Assembly: GCA_964583285.1 (NCBI GenBank)
Contig: CAZOVD010000001.1
Coordinates: 22,558 to 86,557, forward strand
Origin: an uncultured archaeon
GTDB lineage: Archaea > Iainarchaeota > Iainarchaeia > Iainarchaeales > JAAZKV01
Length of the DNA stretch: 64,000 bases
Direction of reading: 5' to 3'
A program made the translations under genes and the position numbers. The notes beneath the pieces were generated by a model. That model searched no databases. It saw nothing but the letters and a program-made list of their open reading frames with translations, and was not told the DNA's origin. The stretch's first letter is position 1. Each line of letters starts with the position of its first letter. This document shows positions 39,359 through 48,266 of this stretch, piece by piece.

Positions 39359-39718
39359 TTAAGAAAACTCTGCACTTTCTTTTATTTTTCTTATTGTCCC
39401 ACTAACTAAAACTGGCGAAAGTATTACTTTCTTATTCCTAATTTTTTTAATAAATGCTAGCCCTGCAATAAGCTCTGTTTCTTTACCACGTTTACATTTT
39501 AAAATTGCTTTATTGTTTTTGTATAAAACCATTCTTGGATTTATTTCAGCAAGACCCTTTGAACCAAAAAAAGAAAGTAGTTCAATCCAAAAACCAAAAT
39601 AAAAATCTTTTTCGCTAATATCAGCATTTAATATTTCAAGTAAAAAATATCTTTTTTTTTCTCTTTGAGAAAGAGGAATTGTTTTTTTCTTATTTTTTTC
39701 TATTTTAATAATACTCAT
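39359..39718 (-). CDS. rnp2: RNase P protein component Pop5 (RNP2)
   Basis: 119 aa; SQREKKRYFLLEI and VLVSGTIRKIKE match the Pop5 N- and C-terminal signatures (P. horikoshii PH1481-like). Confidence 0.8.
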   Translation of the reverse strand: MSIIKIEKNKKKTIPLSQREKKRYFLLEILNADISEKDFYFGFWIELLSFFGSKGLAEINPRMVLYKNNKAILKCKRGKETELIAGLAFIKKIRNKKVILSPVLVSGTIRKIKESAEFS

Positions 39719-40266
39719 TCACACTCACCTGAATATTTTGTTGCAAGTTCATTTGAAAGTCCAAGTGTTTGTGCAAGAGCAATTCTTATTTTTGGGTGTT
39801 TTAAGTTAAGTGGGTCGCGACACCCAGAAGCAACAACAAATTTTGTTTTTTTCTTATTACAGTATCTAACAACTTCTAAATAATTTTTCCAAAATAAATG
39901 TCTTTCAAAACTATTTTTATCAAGAATTTCTTCAAACATTAAAACAACAATAGTATTATTTTCGCTTAACTTTTTTGCAAGACCTAAATCAAAAAATTGT
40001 TTTTCATTTGAAGGTTGTAGTAAAAAATTAGCCTTAACTCTAACTGCTAATTCATTAGCTTTAACTGATCCGCCAATAACTGCAATTTTTTTATTTTTTA
40101 ATTTATTAATGTCTGTTTTTTCATCAATTAAGTAACAAGGTATTTGACCAGCTTGTTTAACTTTTTTTTCTTGAACATCATTAGAAACTAAAACAATTAG
40201 TTTTTCTTTAAAATAAGTACCAACTTGTAACAACTCTTTTAGAGGTTGTGCGTAAACTATATCCAT
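39715..40266 (-). CDS. rnp3: RNase P protein component Rpp30 (RNP3), short form
   Basis: 183 aa; VVASGCRDPLNLKHPKIRIALAQTLGLSNELA resembles the Rpp30 C-terminal TIM-barrel strands; ATGA overlap with pop5; canonical superoperon position. Confidence 0.6.
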   Translation of the reverse strand: MDIVYAQPLKELLQVGTYFKEKLIVLVSNDVQEKKVKQAGQIPCYLIDEKTDINKLKNKKIAVIGGSVKANELAVRVKANFLLQPSNEKQFFDLGLAKKLSENNTIVVLMFEEILDKNSFERHLFWKNYLEVVRYCNKKKTKFVVASGCRDPLNLKHPKIRIALAQTLGLSNELATKYSGECE

Positions 40267-40317
40267 ATTATCACTTAAAACAAAACCTTTGGCTTTGTTA
40301 AATAAAAATAAACAAAA

Positions 40318-40932
40318 TTATTTACTTCTATTATTTTTATATCTAATATCTTTTTTTCTTTTTCTTTTTATACTATTCTTTTTATTTTCAATTTTATTTA
40401 CTTTTCCTGAAAATGTCTTTCCTCTTTCAGCTCTTCCTTGTTGACCAACAGTTAGGAAAGATAATTCTTTATCATTTTCAATAGTAACTGCAACTCTATC
40501 TGCCATTATTACTTCAAAATAGTGAGTTCTTCCATCTTCAGCTATTTTATAAGAACCAATTACTTCAGCATTTTCATATTTTTTTGAAGCTCTTTCTTCA
40601 GCAATAGCTTTTATACTTTTTTTTCTAGTTAATTTAGCTTGACCTTGTCTTTTTGGTCTTCTTTTATTTTTTGGTCTTGAATAAGTCCCATGCCCTTTTC
40701 TAACTTTAACTCTTAAAACAAAAATTCCTTGTTTTGCTTTATATCCAACTTGTCTAGCTGAAATTAAATTAGATGGTTTTTCTACTCTAACAACACTTTC
40801 TTTTGTTTGTCTAAATTCAAGTTCTTTATTTTTCATTAATGCGTTATAATCGTAATTTTTATCCTTTTCTGATTTCCACTCACTTTTGAATATTTTTGAA
40901 AGATATTTATTAAGTCCCACTTTGCTCACCAT
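40318..40932 (-). CDS. rpl15e: Ribosomal protein L15e
   Basis: 204 aa; QGIFVLRVKVRKGHGTYSRPKNKRRPKRQG and overall basic composition match L15e. Confidence 0.85.
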   Translation of the reverse strand: MVSKVGLNKYLSKIFKSEWKSEKDKNYDYNALMKNKELEFRQTKESVVRVEKPSNLISARQVGYKAKQGIFVLRVKVRKGHGTYSRPKNKRRPKRQGQAKLTRKKSIKAIAEERASKKYENAEVIGSYKIAEDGRTHYFEVIMADRVAVTIENDKELSFLTVGQQGRAERGKTFSGKVNKIENKKNSIKRKRKKDIRYKNNRSK

Positions 40933-40997
40933 TTATAAAATAAAGAAATATTCTCTATAATAAAATAAATTTCATAAAAAAGCATTTATAAAACTAA

Positions 40998-41186
40998 CTA
41001 TTTATCTCTGCCAAATAAACCATGTGCTTTTAACATTCTGCCTGTAACTGGGCCATTTGATGCTTTAATTGCTCTTCTAACAAACCAACTAGCAATATTT
41101 GCGTGTAGTCTTTTATTTGGTAAAACTGGCGTAGCTGTGTGTTTTTTTGCATTTTTTAAAAACTCATTTCTTGAAATTTTAGGCAT
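40998..41186 (-). CDS. Small basic hypothetical protein (62 aa) at head of the superoperon
   Basis: MPKISRNEFLKNAKKHTATPVLPNKRLHANIASWFVRRAIKASNGPVTGRMLKAHGLFGRDK. No confident match to a known r-protein or RNase P subunit by eye. Confidence 0.3.
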   Translation of the reverse strand: MPKISRNEFLKNAKKHTATPVLPNKRLHANIASWFVRRAIKASNGPVTGRMLKAHGLFGRDK

Positions 41187-41200
41187 AATATCAATAAATA

Positions 41201-42319
41201 TTGTTAAAGTTTATCTATTTAAATATAACTAAATCAAGAATGTTAATGGGCTTGGCTTTAAATCAACAAGAAGAAGCAAATACAGAAAAAAAAGTAAGTA
41301 TTTGTGATAAATGTTCTAAAAAATCAGTAATTAACTTAGCTTATGGCCCACATAAATTTTGTCAAACGCATTTTAACAAATTTTTTGAAAATAGATTCAA
41401 AAAAACAATTAGAAAATATAAACTGTTAAATTCTAAAGAAAAAATACTAGTTGCATTAAGTGGTGGAAAAGATTCTGTGGTATTATTACATTTATTAAAT
41501 AAATTTTATAAAAAAAGTAATACTATTTTAGCATTGATAATTGATGAAGGTGTTAAAGGATATAGAGATAAATCAGTAAAAGTTGCAATTGATAATTGTA
41601 AATTATTTAATATTGAATATAAAGTAGTTTCTTTTGAAAAAGAATTTTCAGTAACAAATGACCAAATAATGCCTTTAATTTTAAATAATAATAAACTTGG
41701 TGGAACTTGCGCATTTTGCGGAACCATGCGAAGAAATTTAATGAATAAATATGCAAAAGAACTTAAAGCAGATAAACTTGCAACAGGACATAATCTTGAT
41801 GATGAAGTTCAAAGTTTTGTAATGAATGTTTTTAATAATGATTTTACTAGACTAAAAAGAACTGGCGCTAAGGCTGGTGTTATAGAATATGATGGTTTTG
41901 TTAAAAGAATAAAACCACTTTATGAAACTCCTGAAAAAGAAATAATTGCATATTGTGCATTTAATGATATTAAACATTATTCACAACAATGTTGCCCATA
42001 TAGTTGGACTGCTAAGCGAAATGAATTTCGTGAAATGTTAAATAATTTTGAGAATAGATTTCCTGGAACACAGTTTTCAATTATGCGGTTTAATGAAAAA
42101 TTAAAAAATAATATTTTGCCTAGCGAAGAACAAAAAATAGAAATGAAATCAAAAATGAGAAAATGTGAAAAATGTGGTGAACCAACTGATAAGTTAATTT
42201 GTAAAACTTGTGAAATGATAAATACTTTAAAAAATGAAAAAAAAAGTCAAAATAAAAAAGAAAGAAATTTATCAAAATATAATTCTGCACTAACTTGCCA
42301 CTCTACAAAATACAGTTAG
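41201..42319 (+). CDS. PP-loop ATPase of the Ncs6/NcsA/Ctu1 (TtcA-like) tRNA-thiolation family
   Basis: N-terminal Zn finger CDKCSKK...CQTH, PP-loop SGGKDS, C-terminal CEKCGEPTDKLICKTCE; about 360 aa. Confidence 0.7.
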   Translation: MLKFIYLNITKSRMLMGLALNQQEEANTEKKVSICDKCSKKSVINLAYGPHKFCQTHFNKFFENRFKKTIRKYKLLNSKEKILVALSGGKDSVVLLHLLNKFYKKSNTILALIIDEGVKGYRDKSVKVAIDNCKLFNIEYKVVSFEKEFSVTNDQIMPLILNNNKLGGTCAFCGTMRRNLMNKYAKELKADKLATGHNLDDEVQSFVMNVFNNDFTRLKRTGAKAGVIEYDGFVKRIKPLYETPEKEIIAYCAFNDIKHYSQQCCPYSWTAKRNEFREMLNNFENRFPGTQFSIMRFNEKLKNNILPSEEQKIEMKSKMRKCEKCGEPTDKLICKTCEMINTLKNEKKSQNKKERNLSKYNSALTCHSTKYS

Positions 42320-43909
42320 TTATTTTTTAGCTTTCTTTTTAACATCATCAATTGCTAATATTTTTTCAAGTTTTGATGTAAATGTTTTTTCAAAATTAGT
42401 TAGCTCTTCAAGCTTTGCATCAATTGCAAGTGTTTTTTCATCAAGTTCTCTTTGAACATCAGAATTTTTTATATTTATTTGTTCAATAGCATCATTTAAT
42501 CTTTTAATATTTTCTTCCATACTCCTTAAAAATTCTTTTTTAAATTGATCAAGAAGTGAAATTTTTGTTTGAATTTCTTCAACATTAATATTTTTTTCCA
42601 TAGCACTTAAATTGTTTAATTTTACTTCAAGTTCATCAATTAAACTTTCTACTTTTGAAAGAGTCATTCTTTCTATTTTTTGTTCGGCTTCTTCAACTAA
42701 ACCTTCTGCAATATTTTTTTCAAGTTCTAAAGTTTTATTTATTCTCTCATCCATTTCCTTTATTTGTTCACTTGATTTATCAATAAATTCTTGTGCTTTT
42801 GATTTGCTTTTAATAAGTTCTGAATTCATTTCTATAATTAATTGAGATTTTGTTTTTTTTGCATCATCAAGAGTAGTTTTTATTTCAGCAAGGACTTTTT
42901 GTTGTTCATCTTTTGATTTTTGCATTATTTCAACATATTCTGATAAATCTTTTGCTTGTTTTTTAATTTCTAATATCTTTGAATCAATAATAAACGATAT
43001 TTCTTTTTGCTTTTGAGCAAGGGCTTCTTTATTACTTGAAACAATTAACTCTTTTTGAGATTCTAAAAGAACTTTGAATTGTTTTGTTTCTTTTTTAACT
43101 GCATCATTAACCTTATTTTCAACTAAAGAATCAATATCTTCTTTTAGTTTTTTCATTTCATTTAATTTAGAATTAATTGCAACAACAATTCCTTTTTTCC
43201 ACATTTGTTCTAAATCAGAATCAGAAACTTGTTTTTTTTCAAAATTATTACTAAAAGCGTTAATGTTAGCAATTGGCTTTTTTTCAACAGTAGAAAAATC
43301 TTTTGAATTGTCAACATTTCTACTTTTTTCAAGTTCTCTTAATTCTTTTTCAAGTTCTTTTTTAAAATCAAGAGAAGTTTTTTGACTATCATCTTTTTCT
43401 TTTTCCAAATTATCTTTTTCTTTACTTTCTTTTTCTTCAATATTTATTTTATTTTCACCTAACTTATTTTCATTTAAGTTATTTATAGAATTGTTAGAAT
43501 TATCTTTTTTTCCAATTAATTTTCCAAGTCTTTTTTCAATTTCACTATTACTAGCACCAGTAAATTTTTTTGAATCATCATTTAATTTCTCTTCATCTTC
43601 AAAATCTATTTCTTCAGCAGTTGGTTTTGAATCTTCGTCTTGTTCTATTTTTTTATTATCATCAGGAACTATTTTTGCTTGACTAAGTATTTGTTCATTA
43701 AAGCTAAGTCCGTCTGAATCATCAACTTCAACTTTTTTCTTTTCACTAACTTGATTTTCGCTAGATTTTGCAAGCTTAATTAAATCTTTTGCATCAATTT
43801 CTTTAATTCCAACTTCTTTTAAATTTTCTATTATTTCAGAATCCGTCACACCAAGAGTAATTAATTTTCTAATTGAATCTACTACTTCATTTTGTTTACT
43901 TGATGTCAT
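42320..43909 (-). CDS. Large acidic/Lys-rich coiled-coil protein (about 530 aa), function unknown
   Basis: Nearly continuous heptad-like E/K/L-rich sequence. N-terminal about 60-aa globular region (MTSSKQNEVVDSIRKLITLGVTDSEII...). Start set at ATG 43909. Confidence 0.5.
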   Translation of the reverse strand: MTSSKQNEVVDSIRKLITLGVTDSEIIENLKEVGIKEIDAKDLIKLAKSSENQVSEKKKVEVDDSDGLSFNEQILSQAKIVPDDNKKIEQDEDSKPTAEEIDFEDEEKLNDDSKKFTGASNSEIEKRLGKLIGKKDNSNNSINNLNENKLGENKINIEEKESKEKDNLEKEKDDSQKTSLDFKKELEKELRELEKSRNVDNSKDFSTVEKKPIANINAFSNNFEKKQVSDSDLEQMWKKGIVVAINSKLNEMKKLKEDIDSLVENKVNDAVKKETKQFKVLLESQKELIVSSNKEALAQKQKEISFIIDSKILEIKKQAKDLSEYVEIMQKSKDEQQKVLAEIKTTLDDAKKTKSQLIIEMNSELIKSKSKAQEFIDKSSEQIKEMDERINKTLELEKNIAEGLVEEAEQKIERMTLSKVESLIDELEVKLNNLSAMEKNINVEEIQTKISLLDQFKKEFLRSMEENIKRLNDAIEQINIKNSDVQRELDEKTLAIDAKLEELTNFEKTFTSKLEKILAIDDVKKKAKK

Positions 43910-43959
43910 AATACCAATATAGAAATAACATTTGTATAATAAAAATGTTTTTAAAGTCA

Positions 43960-44178
43960 CTAAGGAGAGACAAGTATTACGCTATCGCCTCTAACTAAAA
44001 CTTTTCCATAATTTGTTTTCATTTCTCCGTTTTCTATTTGAGAAGCATTTTCTAAATTTAAATTCATATGAATATCAAATGCTTTTAATTTTCCTCTTAT
44101 TTGTTTATCTCCTTTTAAAACTACTAATATTTCTTTGTTTAATGCGTCATTTAACAAATCAAATGGTCTATTGCTCAT
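43960..44178 (-). CDS. Sm-like archaeal protein (SmAP/LSm)
   Basis: 72 aa; Sm1 (ILVVLKGDKQIRGKLKAFDIHMNLNLENA) and Sm2 (VLVRGDSVILVSP) motifs. Confidence 0.85.
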   Translation of the reverse strand: MSNRPFDLLNDALNKEILVVLKGDKQIRGKLKAFDIHMNLNLENASQIENGEMKTNYGKVLVRGDSVILVSP

Positions 44179-44187
44179 AAAAACACC

Positions 44188-44970
44188 TCACTTTCTTTTG
44201 AACTTTGACAATATTCTTTGTAAGAACCCTAATTTTTTTTCTTTATTTTCAACTACTTTAAGTCCAGTTAATCTTGAAGCAATTTTTTGAAATTCTTTTG
44301 CTGCTTCACTATCAGGTTTTCTTATTGAAACTGGATAAACTTTTTGTTGCATAAAAGTTTTTCTAACTTCGCCATCAAATGGAACTGCACCATAAATTGG
44401 AAGTTCTAAAATACTTGATATTTCTTGTTTGCTTATTTCTCCTTTTTCATTCATTATAAAATTAACAACAACTCCAATAACTTTTGATCTTAGTCTTTGA
44501 GCCACAATTTTTGTTTTTAATGCATCAGCAATTGCTGGTGAAGTTGGCATTGTAACAATAAGAGTTTCTTGCGCTGAACTAAGAGCACTTAAAACATTTT
44601 TTTCAATACCTGCCGCAGCATCAAGTAAAATAAAATCATAACTATCTTCAAGTTGTTCAACTATTGAAATTAATCGTTCGCTATCAACTCTTTTATAATT
44701 ATCTAAACTTAGTCCTGATGGAATAAAATGAAGTCCTTCTGGACCATCATAAATAGCATCATGAACTTGAGCTTCACCTAAAAGAACATCATGAAGTGTT
44801 ATTGGAGAAGATTGCATTCCTAAAATTAAAGATAAATTTGCCATTGCAACATCAGCATCAATTAAAAGAACTTTTTTTCCAAGTCTTGATAAACAAATTC
44901 CAAGATTTGCAGTAAGTGTGGTTTTACCAGTGCCGCCTTTTCCAGATGCAATTGCAATTACTCTAGCCAT
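44188..44970 (-). CDS. MinD/ParA-family P-loop ATPase (archaeal MinD-like)
   Basis: 260 aa; deviant Walker A IASGKGGTGKTT, Walker A-prime and B (LLIDAD...ILLDAAAG). Confidence 0.85.
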   Translation of the reverse strand: MARVIAIASGKGGTGKTTLTANLGICLSRLGKKVLLIDADVAMANLSLILGMQSSPITLHDVLLGEAQVHDAIYDGPEGLHFIPSGLSLDNYKRVDSERLISIVEQLEDSYDFILLDAAAGIEKNVLSALSSAQETLIVTMPTSPAIADALKTKIVAQRLRSKVIGVVVNFIMNEKGEISKQEISSILELPIYGAVPFDGEVRKTFMQQKVYPVSIRKPDSEAAKEFQKIASRLTGLKVVENKEKKLGFLQRILSKFKRK

Positions 44971-45446
44971 TATTCTTTCACCGATTCAAATTCTTTTTTT
45001 AAAATATTTTTATTTTCATCAAGAAGTGCACTTAATTCAAATGCAAGCGCTCTTAATTCTAAATTGGATAATTCACTACCAGCTCTAACAATAAAAACTT
45101 TTTTATTTAAATTAAAAAGCATAAACCAACCATCTTCTTTTTTTATCAAAACTGTTTCTGTTTGCGGTAATTCGCTTTTAATGTATGAAAGCATTGCAGT
45201 ACCAATCATACCGTCATTATGTTCACTTGAATCACTTGAAACTATTACACTACCATCAAAATTTGTAACAACAAAAGAGTCAACTAAATGTTTTCTTTTT
45301 AATATTTCTAAATTTTTTCCAAAATCTTTTGAAAATATATAATTGTGTTTTGACAAAAAATCTCTTAAAAACTCAACTTGATAATTTGACTTTGAATTAT
45401 CAACTTCTTTTTTCTTAAAAAATCTTGAAAATAAATTTGATACCAT
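44970..45446 (-). CDS. Roadblock/LC7 (MglB-like) domain protein
   Basis: 158 aa; core LVDSFVVTNFDGSVIVSS...GTAMLSYI...GWFMLFNLNKKVFIVRAG fits the Roadblock alpha-beta-beta-alpha-beta pattern; start overlaps the minD stop. Confidence 0.5.
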   Translation of the reverse strand: MVSNLFSRFFKKKEVDNSKSNYQVEFLRDFLSKHNYIFSKDFGKNLEILKRKHLVDSFVVTNFDGSVIVSSDSSEHNDGMIGTAMLSYIKSELPQTETVLIKKEDGWFMLFNLNKKVFIVRAGSELSNLELRALAFELSALLDENKNILKKEFESVKE

Positions 45447-45465
45447 TTAAATCACTTAAATATAA

Positions 45466-45924
45466 TTAATTTTTTAAAACACCTAAACCAAACCTGTCTA
45501 AAAAATCATTTTTTTCATTTTGAACTAAAAATTTAGCTTCAAAACTATCAGGAATTAGCTTTGCAAGGTCTTTTAAAGATATTTTGTTTGAAAGTAAAAT
45601 TTTTTCATCAAAAGCAGTTATTAAATCAACTTGACTTTTTGTTAGTTCTACTGCTTGAAAAAATCCTTCACCTTTTGTTTGATTAAAAAAATAATTTAAA
45701 GCATCATTTGACTTAAAAGTTTGCTTTAGAGTAAGACATTCAACAACACAGGCAATCATTTCACCATTTCTAAAAAAAATAACTCCTTCTTCAATACAAT
45801 TCCCCTTAACTGTTTGAATAATATAACCATTAAATTGACGATTATTAAATTCTTGAGCAATAACTAAAAAATTTATTGGCAAAGGAGCTTTTGAAATAAC
45901 TGTGCCTACTGGAAAATTCATCAA
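45466..45924 (-). CDS. Hypothetical protein (152 aa), possibly another Roadblock/longin-like fold
   Basis: GYIIQTVKGNCIEEGVIFFRNGEMIACVVE segment is Roadblock/longin-like; no firm motif. Confidence 0.3.
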   Translation of the reverse strand: MMNFPVGTVISKAPLPINFLVIAQEFNNRQFNGYIIQTVKGNCIEEGVIFFRNGEMIACVVECLTLKQTFKSNDALNYFFNQTKGEGFFQAVELTKSQVDLITAFDEKILLSNKISLKDLAKLIPDSFEAKFLVQNEKNDFLDRFGLGVLKN

Positions 45925-46382
45925 ACCACTTTTTTTCCTTTTAAAAATATAACTTTATCAGCAGTATTTTTTAATGCTGAAGCACTCATTTCTTCAGCCA
46001 TTATTGCAATAGTTTCTTTTCCCCTATTTTTTGCTTTTATTAATGCTGGTAAAAAATCACTATCTCTTGTTGCAAATACTATTGTATCTATTTCTTCATT
46101 AAAAACTGTTTCTGTCGCATCGCACGCCATTGCAACATCAACATCAGTAGTAGTTATTATTGGTTCAAATCCTTGATTTACTACTGCTTCTACTAATTTA
46201 TTTGAAGCAAATTGATTTAGATAAACTCTGCCTATTTTAATAGAGCCATGTTTAACTGCCTCTTTTTTTATCATTTCAAGGTCAATACCAAACTCTTTTC
46301 TAAGCAAATTTGGTCCATCTACAAAAACAGCCATTTTTTTCTCACCATTTCCAAAAAGCTGTTTTAATTTACTTCGCAACAT
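45921..46382 (-). CDS. NYN/LabA-like (PIN-related) nuclease domain protein
   Basis: 153 aa; VFVDGPNL...TTTDVDVAMACDA...VFATRDSDFLPAL acidic-residue pattern typical of the NYN/LabA domain. Confidence 0.6.
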   Translation of the reverse strand: MLRSKLKQLFGNGEKKMAVFVDGPNLLRKEFGIDLEMIKKEAVKHGSIKIGRVYLNQFASNKLVEAVVNQGFEPIITTTDVDVAMACDATETVFNEEIDTIVFATRDSDFLPALIKAKNRGKETIAIMAEEMSASALKNTADKVIFLKGKKVV

Positions 46383-46557
46383 AAAATCACTACTAAATAT
46401 TGTATAAATATAATCTTAAATATAATACTAATTACATTTATATTATATAAAATCTTTGAATAAAAGGCTTTAAAACAGTTTTTTTTATATATGATTAGTT
46501 TTATAAATTAAATTTAATTTATAATATCTAACAAAAAATATGAGGAATGTGAAATAT

Positions 46558-46944
46558 ATGGTTGATGAAAAAAAATTTGTAAATGCAGGAACACTAAAAC
46601 CTGGTAATTATGTACTTATTGATGATGAGGTTTGCCAAGTTAAAAGTACTGAAAAATCAAAACCAGGAAAACACGGTGCAGCAAAGGTTAGAATAGTAGC
46701 ATTCAATATTTTTAATGGACAAAAAAAAGGACTTCTAAAAGGAACTGATAGTGAAGTAGATCAACCAATAATAGTTAAGAAAAACGGGCAAGTAGTTGCA
46801 GTTATTGGAGAAGTTGTTCAATTAATGGACATGGAAAACTATGAAACAAAAGATGCTCCAAAACCAGAATTCCCTTTAGCTTCAGGTGATGAAGTTGAAT
46901 ATCAACAATGGGGAACTAACGTTAAAATTAATAGAAAGAAATAG
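46558..46944 (+). CDS. eif5a: Translation initiation factor 5A (aIF-5A)
   Basis: Hypusine loop KSKPGKHGAAKVR and SH3-like/OB two-domain layout. Start at 46558 (GAGG about 11 nt upstream) rather than 46540. Confidence 0.85.
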   Translation: MVDEKKFVNAGTLKPGNYVLIDDEVCQVKSTEKSKPGKHGAAKVRIVAFNIFNGQKKGLLKGTDSEVDQPIIVKKNGQVVAVIGEVVQLMDMENYETKDAPKPEFPLASGDEVEYQQWGTNVKINRKK

Positions 46945-47049
46945 TTTTGTAACTATTTCTTTTTTTCTATTTTTTAAAAATATTTTTTAATCTAAAAAAG
47001 TAAAAATATATATTACTAAATATAAATAATATAAATAAGAGTTGACTAA

Positions 47050-47358
47050 ATGGAGCTAAAAGATTTTGTTGGAAAGCCTTGTACAACAAAAGTAAGTTAT
47101 GAATTTTTTTCTAAAAAAAAAGTTGACATTAATTTAGATATTGCTAGTGAAGAAATTTTAGAAATTGGAGAAGTAGAAGTTGCTTCAAAAGTTTTACTTA
47201 TTTCAAAGATTGATAACAAAACTGTTTCTATTTTTAAAAATGGAAAAATCGTTGTTCGTGGAGAAAAAGATGAAATAAAAGCTAGAGAAACTGCAACAAA
47301 GATTTGTAAAGTTTTAGATAAAAGTGTTACTGAAAAGAAAGGTTTATTTGGACTTTGA
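47050..47358 (+). CDS. Hypothetical small protein (102 aa)
   Basis: No recognisable motif; between aIF-5A and the HIT gene, same strand. Confidence 0.35.
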   Translation: MELKDFVGKPCTTKVSYEFFSKKKVDINLDIASEEILEIGEVEVASKVLLISKIDNKTVSIFKNGKIVVRGEKDEIKARETATKICKVLDKSVTEKKGLFGL

Positions 47359-47381
47359 ATTTAATTATTATAAAAATATAA

Positions 47382-47795
47382 TTGATTATTATGAGTGGAG
47401 AAAAAGATTGTTTGTTTTGCAAATTTGTTAGAAAAGAAATTCCTTGTGAAATAATTTATGAAGATGAAAATTACTTAGCTCTTTTAGATATTAATCCAAT
47501 GCACCCTGGCCACACTTTAGTTATTCCAAAAAAACATTCGGATTATATTTTTGATTTGAATGATAATGAATTATCAAAGTTATTTATTACTTGCAAAAAA
47601 ATTAGCAAAATTCTAAAAGAAGCAATTAATACTGAAAAAGTAGGAATTGTAGTCGAAGGTTTTTTAGTAAGACATACGCACATTCATTTAGTTCCAATAA
47701 ATAAAGGGATGGCTCTTGACCCAAAACTACAAAAAGGGGCTACTCAAGAAGAACTTGAAGTTGTAACTAAAAAAATAAAAGGTGTGATTAAATGA
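47382..47795 (+). CDS. HIT-family (histidine triad) nucleotide hydrolase
   Basis: 137 aa; histidine triad RHTHIHLVP (HxHxHxx), C4-type zinc motif CLFCKF...C at N-terminus. Confidence 0.85.
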   Translation: MIIMSGEKDCLFCKFVRKEIPCEIIYEDENYLALLDINPMHPGHTLVIPKKHSDYIFDLNDNELSKLFITCKKISKILKEAINTEKVGIVVEGFLVRHTHIHLVPINKGMALDPKLQKGATQEELEVVTKKIKGVIK

Positions 47796-47941
47796 GACCA
47801 AAAATAAAAAAAAATATTCCATTAATTAGAGCAGTTAGTAAAAATCAAAAAGGAACTGGCGAGGGAAATGCCTATCGTACAAGTCTTGCAAGATATATTA
47901 AAAGAAAAAGAAAAGAACTTATTAACAAAAAAACAAAATAA
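47792..47941 (+). CDS. Small basic ORF (49 aa), unannotated
   Basis: MRPKIKKNIPLIRAVSKNQKGTGEGNAYRTSLARYIKRKRKELINKKTK; ATGA overlap with the HIT stop; followed by a hairpin plus T-tract. Could be a small ribosomal-like protein or spurious. Confidence 0.3.
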   Translation: MRPKIKKNIPLIRAVSKNQKGTGEGNAYRTSLARYIKRKRKELINKKTK

Positions 47942-47967
47942 AGTCAAAATTTTAGAACATTTTTTTA

Positions 47968-47995
47968 GTCTAGAAAAACACACTTTTTCTAGGAC
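47968..47995 (+). terminator. Hairpin (GTCTAGAAAAA-cacac-TTTTTCTAGGAC) followed by T-rich tract
   Basis: 10-bp near-perfect inverted repeat directly after the last gene of the aIF5A-HIT operon, followed by TTTTAGTTTG. Confidence 0.4.
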
Positions 47996-48266
47996 AATTT
48001 TAGTTTGAAAATCCTTTTAAAAAAGTAAAAACTGCTTCACAATCCAAACTATAAAAGTATTAATTGTAAGTAACCCTACTACTATAAAGAAATTAAATTT
48101 CTAAATTTTCCCAACACACAAGAACTTGAAAAAGTAATATAATGCCACTATTGTGCATTTAAAAAACGCACATAAGTCAATCGCATAATCATGACGAAGT
48201 AGGACCGGCAAAAAACCCTAAAAGGGCTTATAAATAAAAGAAAATAACAATACTTGAGTGATAAAA

